In this document: positions 49,495 through 58,364 of the stretch, in pieces
Numbering within the stretch: position 1 is the stretch's first letter
Layout: each line of letters begins with the position of its first letter
Assembly: GCA_965207455.1 (NCBI GenBank)
Contig: CBDBMJ010000001.1
Span: forward strand, 1,216,001-1,280,000
Origin: Bdellovibrionota bacterium
Lineage (GTDB): Bacteria; Bdellovibrionota; UBA1018; CAIPTA01; JAALKR01
Direction: 5' to 3'
DNA length: 64,000 nucleotides
The notes under the pieces: model-generated
What the model was told of the DNA's origin: nothing
Database searches by the model: none
Seen by the model: the letters and a program-made list of their open reading frames with translations, nothing else
Translations under genes and position numbers: made by a program

Positions 49495-50697
49495 ATGACA
49501 AATTTATATGTAAAAGGAATATTTTTAATACTAATCACCGCTATCAATATGTTTTTTGTGTTTGAAGCGAAATCTAAAAATAAAACTCATAAAATAAAAA
49601 ATGCAGCTCCATCTTATGAAATTAAGAATGGAAAATGTCGTGCCCCACATAAATGTTCCTATGATATTCTCATTGGGACTAAATATTCCAAAAAAGATCT
49701 GACTGCTATAGCTTATGAATTAAAATCATTATCACCAGTAGTTAAGCGTATTTTTATAACATATTACCTTCCATGTATGGAGATTGGTGCAGGCGCATGG
49801 GCTACTAGTCATTTTTTACCTGAACTTTCTGTTAATACTTATGATGCTGTTCTTGAGCTTTTGGCAAAATGTGCAAAATTCCATAAAAAGAAGAGAAACA
49901 AACCAATAAAAACTAAAAATACTAAAAAAATAAATGTAAAAATTGACTTAAAGTCAGAATTTAAAAATGGGAAATTATATATAAAAGGAAAAACAAATCT
50001 ACCTGATAAAACTCGATTGCTTATCAGCTTGTCAAAAAAGAAATGTGACCATCATTATTTCTTAATTGATGCGAATGTTCAAAATAGAATTTTTGAAGGA
50101 GTCATATATAACGATAAGAATGAGGAAAAATCATTACCAAATGGAAAATATATAATAAAGATTGAAAGCTCATTAATTGAACTTATGGATAAATCAGTAC
50201 AAAAAACTTTAGGAATTTATGGTGAAAATATGACAGGAAAATTAATTTCTAAATGGAGTATAGGAGGCAGTAATAAGGTTAAATTCGTATCAAGATATGT
50301 TATAACTAATTCTTTTGATGTAAAAAGCGATTCTTTATTATTAAAAAAACAATTAAAAATTTTTAAAAACCATTATAATAAATTAAAAAAATTATGCTGC
50401 GGAAGATCTAGTTTGGACGCTACCGGCTTAGATTGGAGCGTAAAGGGCGTGGAATGGAATAGGGAAAGAGAGAGATTAATAGCTGATTTTTATAAAAAAT
50501 TTGGACGAACTTTAAATGAGTATGATGGTGTGTGCACAAGAGCTAAGCTAAACTCAAGTGCCTTTAGTCATTATATTTTCACTCTTTATCAACACATGTA
50601 TAGTAAAAGAGCAAAACATATAAAACAGTGGAAAAAAAATATAAAAGAAATTATTCTTGAAATTGAATCAGATCTAAAATCGTGCAGTAAATGTTAA
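49495..50697 (+). CDS. Hypothetical secreted Lys-rich multidomain protein
   Basis: Signal-like N-terminus; 'ITYYLP.M..G.GAWATSHF' and 'GKTNLPD.T.L.I' modules. Confidence 0.65.
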   Translation: MTNLYVKGIFLILITAINMFFVFEAKSKNKTHKIKNAAPSYEIKNGKCRAPHKCSYDILIGTKYSKKDLTAIAYELKSLSPVVKRIFITYYLPCMEIGAGAWATSHFLPELSVNTYDAVLELLAKCAKFHKKKRNKPIKTKNTKKINVKIDLKSEFKNGKLYIKGKTNLPDKTRLLISLSKKKCDHHYFLIDANVQNRIFEGVIYNDKNEEKSLPNGKYIIKIESSLIELMDKSVQKTLGIYGENMTGKLISKWSIGGSNKVKFVSRYVITNSFDVKSDSLLLKKQLKIFKNHYNKLKKLCCGRSSLDATGLDWSVKGVEWNRERERLIADFYKKFGRTLNEYDGVCTRAKLNSSAFSHYIFTLYQHMYSKRAKHIKQWKKNIKEIILEIESDLKSCSKC

Positions 50698-50731
50698 AAG
50701 ATAATTTTAATTAATTACGAAAGGAGAAAAT

Positions 50732-51022
50732 ATGGATAAAGAAAAAATAATGAGAATACCTCTCACAAAAAAATCTAGCGATTCATTGAAAACTATGCTA
50801 GAATCCCTAAATAAAAATATTAAAGCAAAGATAAAAAAGACAAATTTCTTGTCTTGGATCATTTTAGATTATCAAAATAAATATTTTTCAAAAAATATGA
50901 AAAAAATTCAAAGTGAGCTTCAAGACCCTATAGATTATGCCAAAGCGATACTAGAAGATCTGCAAAAATCTAAGAAGAAAGTAACTTTAAGTGAAATATC
51001 AACTATGCTTAAAAAATCATAG
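50732..51022 (+). CDS. Small RHH-like hypothetical protein
   Basis: AAGGAG RBS; pattern similar to 14987-15286. Confidence 0.6.
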   Translation: MDKEKIMRIPLTKKSSDSLKTMLESLNKNIKAKIKKTNFLSWIILDYQNKYFSKNMKKIQSELQDPIDYAKAILEDLQKSKKKVTLSEISTMLKKS

Positions 51023-51025
51023 ACC

Positions 51026-51244
51026 CTACAGTTCTTTTATAATTTCTGACATTTCCATATCTAAGGCTATTGCTACATTTTTAAGGGTAGTAAAACAAAT
51101 GTCTTGCCCAGACTCAATCCGTTGCCAATGCTTCCAGCACGGGAAGTTGAGCTTCGGCAAGGATATTTCCCTTTCTTGTCGCAGCGCTCTAATTCTTTTC
51201 CCTAGTTTTTTCTTTAACATTTTTTTCTGATGAGGCGTTTGCAT
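51026..51244 (-). CDS. XRE-family HTH regulator
   Basis: LGKRIRALRQER…WQRIESG…TL..VA.AL motif. Confidence 0.8.
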   Translation of the reverse strand: MQTPHQKKMLKKKLGKRIRALRQEREISLPKLNFPCWKHWQRIESGQDICFTTLKNVAIALDMEMSEIIKEL

Positions 51245-51267
51245 GATTTTCCCCTTGCTATCAAGGT

Positions 51268-51308
51268 TACCGTTAGATATATGTAGGCAATACCGTTAGT
51301 TAACGGTA
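51268..51308. promoter_or_regulatory. Candidate operator between divergent HTH genes
   Basis: Palindrome TACCGTTA-GT-TAACGGTA (51291-51308) plus a half-site TACCGTTAG at 51268. Confidence 0.55.
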
Positions 51309-51323
51309 GATTGTTTTGATAAA

Positions 51324-51737
51324 ATGGGAATAAATAGCGACAAACATAAAAAAACACCTTTGATCATAGCAAGGCTAATATTTGCTCAAAAGCTGGTTCA
51401 AATTAGGCGCAAGGCAAATTTATCTTTTTTTAAAGCAGCAAAACTTGCCAAAATAAGCCCAATTGTGCTTTTTCATTATGAATGGGGATTTAAAGACCCT
51501 CCAGGCTACATTATTAGCCGTTTACTCGGAAAGATTTATAATGCAAGTGAGGAAGACATTTTTTATTTCTGTTCTTTTCTGAGAACGTCGATGCTAAAAG
51601 AATTGAACGACAAGAGGCTGTGGAGATATTTATCTCTAATAGCACAAAAATTAAGCTATACTCCAAACCCTAAAAAATCCGAAAACAAAACAAACAACAT
51701 GCGTATGTTTTCTATTGATACCTCTATAAACAAATAA
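51324..51737 (+). CDS. XRE-like HTH protein
   Basis: IRRKANLS…AAKLAKIS…YEWG..DPP motif. Confidence 0.65.
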   Translation: MGINSDKHKKTPLIIARLIFAQKLVQIRRKANLSFFKAAKLAKISPIVLFHYEWGFKDPPGYIISRLLGKIYNASEEDIFYFCSFLRTSMLKELNDKRLWRYLSLIAQKLSYTPNPKKSENKTNNMRMFSIDTSINK

Positions 51738-51813
51738 TTATCACCTCTTAAAAACCTAAAAAAAACACCTTATATTTCAACTGTATAGACAAACATACGC
51801 CTCTTCTTATGAG

Positions 51814-52083
51814 GTGATTATGAAAGATATTGACTTGATTAATGAGTGTAATTCTGATAAAACTGTTAATACTACAGGTTCTACGAAAGATAGGACTTTG
51901 TTCTTTGAAAATTTGATAACGATAGATGAATTAGCGGCTGAATTGGGTATAGCCCCTAAGACGATTAGAAATTGGGTTGCGTTAAGAAAAATCCCATTTA
52001 TAAGACTGGGAAGACGCACCTTATTCCGTCAAGGAAGTTTGAAGGAATGGCTAGATCGAAAGGAGATCAAACCATGTCTGTGA
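51814..52083 (+). CDS. Excisionase-like HTH protein
   Basis: TIDELAAELGIAPKTIRNWV…IPF.RLG motif. Confidence 0.85.
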   Translation: MIMKDIDLINECNSDKTVNTTGSTKDRTLFFENLITIDELAAELGIAPKTIRNWVALRKIPFIRLGRRTLFRQGSLKEWLDRKEIKPCL

Positions 52084-53282
52084 TAAATATAAAAAGAAAA
52101 AATAAAAATAAGTATCGAGCTGAGGTCTATGTGAGGGGAGTAAAGTTAGGTTGTCAAACCTTTTCTTCTAAAACCCTTGCATGGCAATGGCATGATGCTG
52201 AAAAAGAACGGCTAGAAAACCCCAAAAAAGCGAAAAAGAAAGAAATACAGGAAATGACTTTTAAAGAAGTTATTAAGCGATTTAAAAAAGAAAGGATACC
52301 TTATTTAAAAAGCTCCACGGCTGCAAACTATGAACAGTTATACAAATATTTACTTGAAGATAAGAAAACTTCAAATATAAAAATGTGTGACTTTGATTCA
52401 GAGGTAGTGGACGAGTGGCTAAGCTGGTTGTTGAAACACAAAACAGTTAAAAATAAGGGAAGAAAATCTTTTAATTTAGAGCTTAAACGCCTGTCGGCTA
52501 TTCTTAATTGGTATAAAAACTATATAAGTGCGGACTTTAATGTGCCTGTTGTAAAAAGGCATAGAGAACGATGCTTTTATAAACCTATAAAGTCACGTCG
52601 CCCCGACTACTACATAAACCCAGAGGACATAAGGAACTGGCTTAAAGAGCTAGAAAAGTGCTATACGCCGATATACTGGCATGTAGCTCAATTTATGACT
52701 CTCACAGGTGCTAGAGTAGGCGAGGCTTGCGGACTGAAATGGAGTGAGATCGATCTGGAACGAAAGACCGCCAGAATTATAAGGATAGTGAGTTGGCATA
52801 AGAAAAACAAAAAACCCTATGTTGTAGAATCCACTAAGACTGAGGAATCTGTGAGAATGTTGATATTGCCTCAAATTTTAGTCGATTTACTTTGGGAAAT
52901 AAAAACAACCCAAGGGAATGGAGAGGAGTTTGTTTTCTTAAGTCCAAAGGGCAGTCTTTTAAAGTACAATGCTATTCAGAACGCCTTTAATAGGGCATTT
53001 AAGAGGCTGGGGCTTCCGTGGAGGTCAACCCATATCTGTCGCCATACATTCGCTACGATAGCACTTATGGCAACCAGAGACCTATCTGCGGTGCAAGCTG
53101 CTCTTGGGCATACAGATATAAAGATCACCCAAAGGTATGCCAAGGCGGTAGCACTATTAAGTTCTGATACAGCAGAGAAAACAGCAGCAATGTTTAACCT
53201 TGATGAAAATAAAACTAAAAAGGATCGTTCTTTTAAAAATCAGAATATTTTCAGCAAAAGAAAACTTAGCATTGTTAGGTAG
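52074..53282 (+). CDS. Tyrosine recombinase/integrase
   Basis: TGARVGE, HICRHTFAT and LGHTDIKITQRY motifs; RBS AAGGAG before ATG 52074. Confidence 0.95.
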   Translation: MSVINIKRKNKNKYRAEVYVRGVKLGCQTFSSKTLAWQWHDAEKERLENPKKAKKKEIQEMTFKEVIKRFKKERIPYLKSSTAANYEQLYKYLLEDKKTSNIKMCDFDSEVVDEWLSWLLKHKTVKNKGRKSFNLELKRLSAILNWYKNYISADFNVPVVKRHRERCFYKPIKSRRPDYYINPEDIRNWLKELEKCYTPIYWHVAQFMTLTGARVGEACGLKWSEIDLERKTARIIRIVSWHKKNKKPYVVESTKTEESVRMLILPQILVDLLWEIKTTQGNGEEFVFLSPKGSLLKYNAIQNAFNRAFKRLGLPWRSTHICRHTFATIALMATRDLSAVQAALGHTDIKITQRYAKAVALLSSDTAEKTAAMFNLDENKTKKDRSFKNQNIFSKRKLSIVR

Positions 53283-53302
53283 TTACAGCGTTTTTTTAAA
53301 AA

Positions 53303-53398
53303 AATCGCTTCCAAATCACTTCCAAAATAGCAAAATAGGCATTTTTTAGTGAATCTTGAAAATGTCAAGCGAAAAAATCGCTTCCAAAATCGCTTCCA
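53303..53398 (+). repeat. Paired AATCRCTTCCA repeats (candidate integrase arm sites)
   Basis: Four copies at 53303, 53314, 53376 and 53388, between the integrase and the tRNA. Confidence 0.65.
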
Positions 53399-53450
53399 AC
53401 GTGTAATTGGAAAAAAATAAGTTAGTAATTTCAGTAGTTTGTGCACTTTT

Positions 53451-53537
53451 TGGTGCCTCCCGGGAGAATCGAACTCCCACATCCGTGAAGATACGGGATT
53501 TTGAATCCCGCGCGTCTACCAGTTCCGCCAGAGAGGC
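53451..53537 (-). tRNA. tRNA-Leu (CAA)
   Basis: GCCTCTCTGGCGGAACTGGTAGACGCGCGGGATTCAAAATCCCG…GTTCGATTCTCCCGGGAGGCACCA, with a long variable arm. Confidence 0.97.
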
Positions 53538-53596
53538 GCACACAAGTCTGAAGGCTACCATTTATCTAGCGTAGTGTATAGATTCACAGCAGGGGT

Positions 53597-54424
53597 TTAA
53601 ATAATGCGCAGTGAAATTCCGCTGCTAAGATGGGCAATGGCTATGACGCTAAAGCTCAGCAGATAGATGAAAAAGTAGGCGTACTTCCAGTTTAAAAGTA
53701 TGCGGGTATAGAGATATAGAGAGCACGTCAACCAGGTCAGCACGGGAAGCACATTAGCTGTAACAAATTGAATAAGTTCAATGGCTCCCAAAAGTTGGTG
53801 ATTGTCTATCATTAAAAGAATTTTTGAGCATAGAGCGGTGGTGAGCAAGGGAATGGCAAACAGGACAAGTCGCTGACAGGAGTAATCGATTTCCTGAATG
53901 TGACGATCGAGGGGGAATTTATTTTTTGGAGTTTTCCACAGAAAGTACAATTTCTTTCCCAATACCCGTATCCACAGAAGCATACCTAAACCACAAAAAG
54001 TGCAGCCCAGTATAAAAGTACCTTGATAGAAGCTTAACTGCTGTAGCACTTCGGGTGTATTATGACCAAGAGGGGCGATGAAAAAGAGAAGAATGCTGCC
54101 ATAGAGAGGAAGAGAACCCGTATGGCTATCAGGATACACACTACTCATTAAAATTCCGACAAAATGAAATGCCCATGGAAGCAGGAGACGGGCAAAAGGA
54201 AGATCCTGGGAAATACCTAAATACAATCGAAAGCCATAGATCAGTAACGTTATAGTGAGGAAGAAAAACCCTGCTTTTTCCACCCAAGTGGTCCAATTTT
54301 TAAACGAGTAGTTCAACTTTATGGCACTAACAGCATGCCCCAACGCACCCAATAGATAGAAAAAAATAGTGCAGTAAAAGAGGCTGACCATAGATTCCTT
54401 ATAACAGAACTTTTTCATTATCAC
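53597..54424 (-). CDS. Multi-TM membrane protein, possibly divergent CcsA/cytochrome c assembly family
   Basis: About eight TMs; 'FAIPLLTTAL…LTWL..SLYL..R…W' pattern. Confidence 0.45.
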   Translation of the reverse strand: MIMKKFCYKESMVSLFYCTIFFYLLGALGHAVSAIKLNYSFKNWTTWVEKAGFFFLTITLLIYGFRLYLGISQDLPFARLLLPWAFHFVGILMSSVYPDSHTGSLPLYGSILLFFIAPLGHNTPEVLQQLSFYQGTFILGCTFCGLGMLLWIRVLGKKLYFLWKTPKNKFPLDRHIQEIDYSCQRLVLFAIPLLTTALCSKILLMIDNHQLLGAIELIQFVTANVLPVLTWLTCSLYLYTRILLNWKYAYFFIYLLSFSVIAIAHLSSGISLRII

Positions 54425-54431
54425 ACCAACT

Positions 54432-54447
54432 TGGCACTAAAATTGCA
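54432..54447 (+). promoter_or_regulatory. Sigma54 (-24/-12) promoter
   Basis: TGGCAC-TAAAA-TTGCA, a perfect consensus match. Confidence 0.75.
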
Positions 54448-54459
54448 ACGTCTCATGCA

Positions 54460-55749
54460 ATGGAAGTTGTACAAGAAAAAACATTCCGCATGAAAAATCC
54501 CATTAAACAGCCAGAGGATGGGTTAAACCTCTATAGTAAGGTGGAGCTTTGTCCATTCTACGGAGTTAAGAAAAATATTTTTCTACGCCACCAAAGCTAT
54601 ACGTTTGGCTCCAGCCCCCAATGCGACATAAAATTAGATGATCCCTTTGTCTCCCAAACCCACGCAAAGATCACCCTAGGAAAGAACAATATTTATACCG
54701 TTGAAGACATGGGATCCAGAAATGGTCTCTACCTAAACGGCACTCGTTTGCAAAAAGCATACCTACCAAAATCAGGAGTCCTAAGATTCGGGCAGTCCTA
54801 TCTTGAGTGGCAAGAAGAGCGGAAAAAAATAATGAACTTTCCTCAAGGAATTCTCACCTCTTCCCCAAAAATGAAGTCCCTACTTATGGAGATAAAACAA
54901 GCTTCCCTTTCGCAAATGCCCATATTGTTATTTGGAGAAACAGGCACAGGAAAAGAGCTGGTGGCAAGAGCCATTCATCAATGGAGTGGGAGAAAAAAAT
55001 TTGTGGCATTAAATTGTGCTGGCCTAGATAACTCTTTGGTGGATAGTGAGCTGTTTGGTCACCGCAAGGGTGCCTTCACCAGTTCTGAAAAAAATCGATT
55101 GGGAGCTATTCTTAGTGCCCATAGAGGAAGTCTTTTTCTCGACGAGCTGGAGGAACTGCCTCCCTCTATCCAAGCCAAGCTACTTCGTGTGCTGGAAGGT
55201 GGAGAAGTGCGAGCCTTGGGTTCAGACAGTCCCCAAATCAGTGACTTTCGTCTCATAACAGCCACCAATAGACCCCTAGAAGAAGCCATAGAAAAAAAAC
55301 GATTTCGCCTAGACCTTTACTATCGTGTTGCTGGTTTTTGCTTTACCATTCCACCCCTAAGAGAACGAAAAGAGGATATTGAACTCATTGCCCAAAGCCT
55401 ATTAATGGATCAGGGTATGCAATTGAGTGAACAGTGCCTAGAAAAACTAAAGGAGCATAGTTGGCCCGGCAATGTTCGAGAATTGAAGTTGACGATCAAT
55501 CGAGCCATATCTTCTGCTAAACTCTTTCAAGCCAAAATCATTGAAAGCCAATGGATTAAAATTCACAACTTCAGCTATAATGAAAATAATTGTCATGAGA
55601 AGAAGAACCTACAGGAAGTTGAAAGGGAGCACATCCATAAAAGCCTCATACAATTTAACTGGCGATACAAGGCAGTAGCAAGTGAGCTGGGCATTGCTCG
55701 CTCCACTCTTTTTGAAAAAATAAAAAAGTATAATCTAAATAAAGAGTAA
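54460..55749 (+). CDS. FHA-domain sigma54-dependent activator (start may be ATG 54490)
   Basis: FHA (DPFVSQTHA…DMGSRNG), GETGTGKE, GAFTSS, WPGNVREL and an HTH. Confidence 0.9.
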   Translation: MEVVQEKTFRMKNPIKQPEDGLNLYSKVELCPFYGVKKNIFLRHQSYTFGSSPQCDIKLDDPFVSQTHAKITLGKNNIYTVEDMGSRNGLYLNGTRLQKAYLPKSGVLRFGQSYLEWQEERKKIMNFPQGILTSSPKMKSLLMEIKQASLSQMPILLFGETGTGKELVARAIHQWSGRKKFVALNCAGLDNSLVDSELFGHRKGAFTSSEKNRLGAILSAHRGSLFLDELEELPPSIQAKLLRVLEGGEVRALGSDSPQISDFRLITATNRPLEEAIEKKRFRLDLYYRVAGFCFTIPPLRERKEDIELIAQSLLMDQGMQLSEQCLEKLKEHSWPGNVRELKLTINRAISSAKLFQAKIIESQWIKIHNFSYNENNCHEKKNLQEVEREHIHKSLIQFNWRYKAVASELGIARSTLFEKIKKYNLNKE

Positions 55750-55757
55750 AAAGTGTT

Positions 55758-56345
55758 CTACTTGAAAACTATTTTGTCGAAATAAATGTTGTGAATACGA
55801 CCTATACGCATCTTCTCATTTAAAATGCGCTTCATTTTTTCCTGTATTTCTTTCTTACCCTTACTACTCCTAATCATCTCTTCCCGAACATTCTGCACTT
55901 CTCCAATAATAGCATCATAGAGTATGGGGTGCTGGCTCTGAGCCCGTAGGGCAGTTTTAGGACTATCACACTCCAGTAAAATCGAAAAACTCACAATGCC
56001 AGTACTACCATCAGTTTTAGTAATGTTCATCCTCACATCAGTCAAATGGACCATCTTAGCAGCCGAACGCTTATCCTCCACTTTTCGAGACAACATTGTT
56101 TCCATTCTATGAAAGTCACCCTTCTTCTCTTTCACCTCTAATTCTTTTTTCTTTTCATAGATCATTTTAGAAAGTTTATCCTGAGGAATGCCTTCATCAT
56201 TGAAAAATAATAAAGTAAATAAGTTAATAGCGCCATAAACAGTAACGCTTAAACAAATAATAATCGTCAGAATAAAGACGGGTACATACACTCTACCCTC
56301 TTGCTTGCTCTCACCATATACTCGTATTTTTAAAAACCTAGCCAT
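55758..56345 (-). CDS. FliL-like protein
   Basis: Single TM; C-terminal 'GK.EI…K..LN…G.I.NIYF.KIV'. Confidence 0.6.
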   Translation of the reverse strand: MARFLKIRVYGESKQEGRVYVPVFILTIIICLSVTVYGAINLFTLLFFNDEGIPQDKLSKMIYEKKKELEVKEKKGDFHRMETMLSRKVEDKRSAAKMVHLTDVRMNITKTDGSTGIVSFSILLECDSPKTALRAQSQHPILYDAIIGEVQNVREEMIRSSKGKKEIQEKMKRILNEKMRIGRIHNIYFDKIVFK

Positions 56346-56402
56346 ACTTGCCTACCCTATTAAAACATTTTTATGCTTATCTCTCAATCCACGAAAAATC
56401 AT

Positions 56403-56429
56403 TAAATATTCTCTTAATCCAGACGATAA
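56403..56429 (+). promoter_or_regulatory. Putative sigma28 (FliA) promoter
   Basis: TAAA-N15-GACGATAA just before ATG 56437. Confidence 0.6.
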
Positions 56430-56436
56430 GTCCCAC

Positions 56437-57126
56437 ATGAGACAAATACTACAACTACTATGGGTGTTGAGTCTATGCCTAACCAACACTGGCTGCGCTA
56501 GCCTAGCGGTAGGACTGGGAGTCCAGCTAGAACCAGAGCCTGAAGAAACATACACGGAAATAATATACATAACTAATGCTCAAATAAGTAATGCTCAAAA
56601 CTCAAATTCTAATCGAGATCCAAGTTCAGCACTTCCATCCCTCGTACCTGATACCGTAATAAAAGAAATGAAAAAACCATACGAAGTTTCCAACCTATCA
56701 AAACAGGCACAGCCTGAACAGCCACAGCCTGAACAGGCACAGCCTGAACAGCCACAGCCTGAACAGCCACAGCCAGAGCAAGCACAACCAGAGCAACCAC
56801 AGCCTATGCAGCCAAAATCAAAAGCAATGCAGCAGGCAGAACTAAAACCACAACCAGTGCCTCTAGTAAGTAAGGAAGAAAAGGTTCGACAAGCCATCAT
56901 ATCCAGAGATATAATTTTAGGAATGTCTCGAGGCGAAGTAATTGAAAGCTGGGGAAAAGCCAGCATACGACAAACTTTTATTCCGGAAATAGCAACTACG
57001 GAAAAACAGCGCCAACCTGCTTCCGTTAGTGTCGGCCATGAACTTTGGATTTATGGGAACCCATACTCCCGACAAATAAAAAGAGAAATTATCTTTCATT
57101 ATGGATATGTAACGGGATGGCGATGA
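56437..57126 (+). CDS. Lipoprotein with a QPEQP linker and a SmpA/BamE-like C-terminal domain
   Basis: TGC lipobox, 15-bp repeats at ~56705-56810 and LGMSRGEV..SWG…W.Y. Confidence 0.7.
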   Translation: MRQILQLLWVLSLCLTNTGCASLAVGLGVQLEPEPEETYTEIIYITNAQISNAQNSNSNRDPSSALPSLVPDTVIKEMKKPYEVSNLSKQAQPEQPQPEQAQPEQPQPEQPQPEQAQPEQPQPMQPKSKAMQQAELKPQPVPLVSKEEKVRQAIISRDIILGMSRGEVIESWGKASIRQTFIPEIATTEKQRQPASVSVGHELWIYGNPYSRQIKREIIFHYGYVTGWR

Positions 57127-57842
57127 AAAAAGAAAGGACGAGGGCTATGAATTTTATGGTAGATTACTCGCTACATTTTGTTCGAATGATAATCTTTCTT
57201 TCCCTGATTTTTGTTGTCACTAATCTAGCAAACGCTCCAGCAAAAAATAAGTTTCAAAAGAGAGAACTCAGTAGCTTAGCCTCTATCCAAGAAAAACAAG
57301 TGGACGAAGAACTATCCAACTACCAACATTGCTACGGAATTCAAATGACCTATGGAGATATCTCATCCACACGAAGACGAACCTGCAAAGTAATGCTCCT
57401 ACATAAACTGAAAATGGCTCTCTCCACCCCAGGTACTTATTTTCCTCAAGCACTCCATTTTAAATGTAAAAATATAGGAATAGGCTTTACACAGTTTTAC
57501 AACAATGAAAACACTCTAAGCTTTAAACTCAAACCCAATGAAGAATATAAAGCCATCGATCTGGCTATCCGTAACTATATGAAAAAAGAAAAAGACATTC
57601 AAAAATGGATACAAGCCAAACAAGCCTGTCACTCCTATCTCAAGTGTCAAAAGTCCATGAAGCTATCAAAATTAAGCCTACGGGACTCGGAAGATTGCAG
57701 CAAAAATAACCCAAAGCCAAAGAGCTTTATCCAAGCCCTCTTCTATCAAAAACAAAACGGACCCTTTATTGCTGATTTTGTGGAATCCCAAACCACACTC
57801 ACCTCTGCCTCCCAGCAGAATCACAAACAAGAAAAAAGGTAA
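57123..57842 (+). CDS. Hypothetical exported protein
   Basis: ATGA-coupled ORF with an N-terminal TM. Confidence 0.55.
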   Translation: MKKERTRAMNFMVDYSLHFVRMIIFLSLIFVVTNLANAPAKNKFQKRELSSLASIQEKQVDEELSNYQHCYGIQMTYGDISSTRRRTCKVMLLHKLKMALSTPGTYFPQALHFKCKNIGIGFTQFYNNENTLSFKLKPNEEYKAIDLAIRNYMKKEKDIQKWIQAKQACHSYLKCQKSMKLSKLSLRDSEDCSKNNPKPKSFIQALFYQKQNGPFIADFVESQTTLTSASQQNHKQEKR

Positions 57843-57865
57843 AACCAAAACAGAAAAGGAACACC

Positions 57866-58336
57866 ATGAATATCAATATCGGAATAGAAGAAAACAAAAG
57901 AAAAGAAATAGCCCTTGGACTATCAAACTTATTGGCAGACAGCTATAGCCTGTACTTGAAAACCCATAAATTTCACTGGAATGTTACTGGCCCCATGTTT
58001 CAAACCCTTCACACCCTGTTTGAAACCCAATACACGGAACTAGCACAAGCCGTGGACACAATCGCAGAAAGAATACGAGTCATGGGAATAAAAGCCCCCG
58101 GCTCCTACCGAGAATTTATGGAACTTTCCAGCATCAAGGAAGAAGAACCCAACGATATAGGAGCTAACGAAATGCTCCAATCCCTACTCCATGGACATGA
58201 ACAAGTTGTGAGAACCGCAAAAAAAATACTCCCCATACTCGATGGAGCCAATGACGAGGGAACCGTCGGACTTTTGGGCACTCGCATTGAAACCCATGAA
58301 AAAACAACCTGGATGCTAAGAAGCCTTATAGAATAA
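57866..58336 (+). CDS. dps: DNA-binding ferritin-like protein Dps
   Basis: LYLKTHKFHWNVTGPMF..LH..FE.QY and D.IAERIR motifs. Confidence 0.96.
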   Translation: MNINIGIEENKRKEIALGLSNLLADSYSLYLKTHKFHWNVTGPMFQTLHTLFETQYTELAQAVDTIAERIRVMGIKAPGSYREFMELSSIKEEEPNDIGANEMLQSLLHGHEQVVRTAKKILPILDGANDEGTVGLLGTRIETHEKTTWMLRSLIE

Positions 58337-58364
58337 ACTGAGGGTTTCAAGGTATACTGGGTAT

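Larger units (their letters stand above)
48402..53451. mobile_element. Integrative element remnant at tRNA-Leu (distal end not found)
   Basis: Integrase and Xis-like genes point at the tRNA 3' end; very AT-rich cargo; no second att copy seen. Confidence 0.7.

Noticed and set aside
56595..56966. Cys-rich metallothionein-like ORF
   Set aside because: It is the antisense shadow of the QPEQP repeat.
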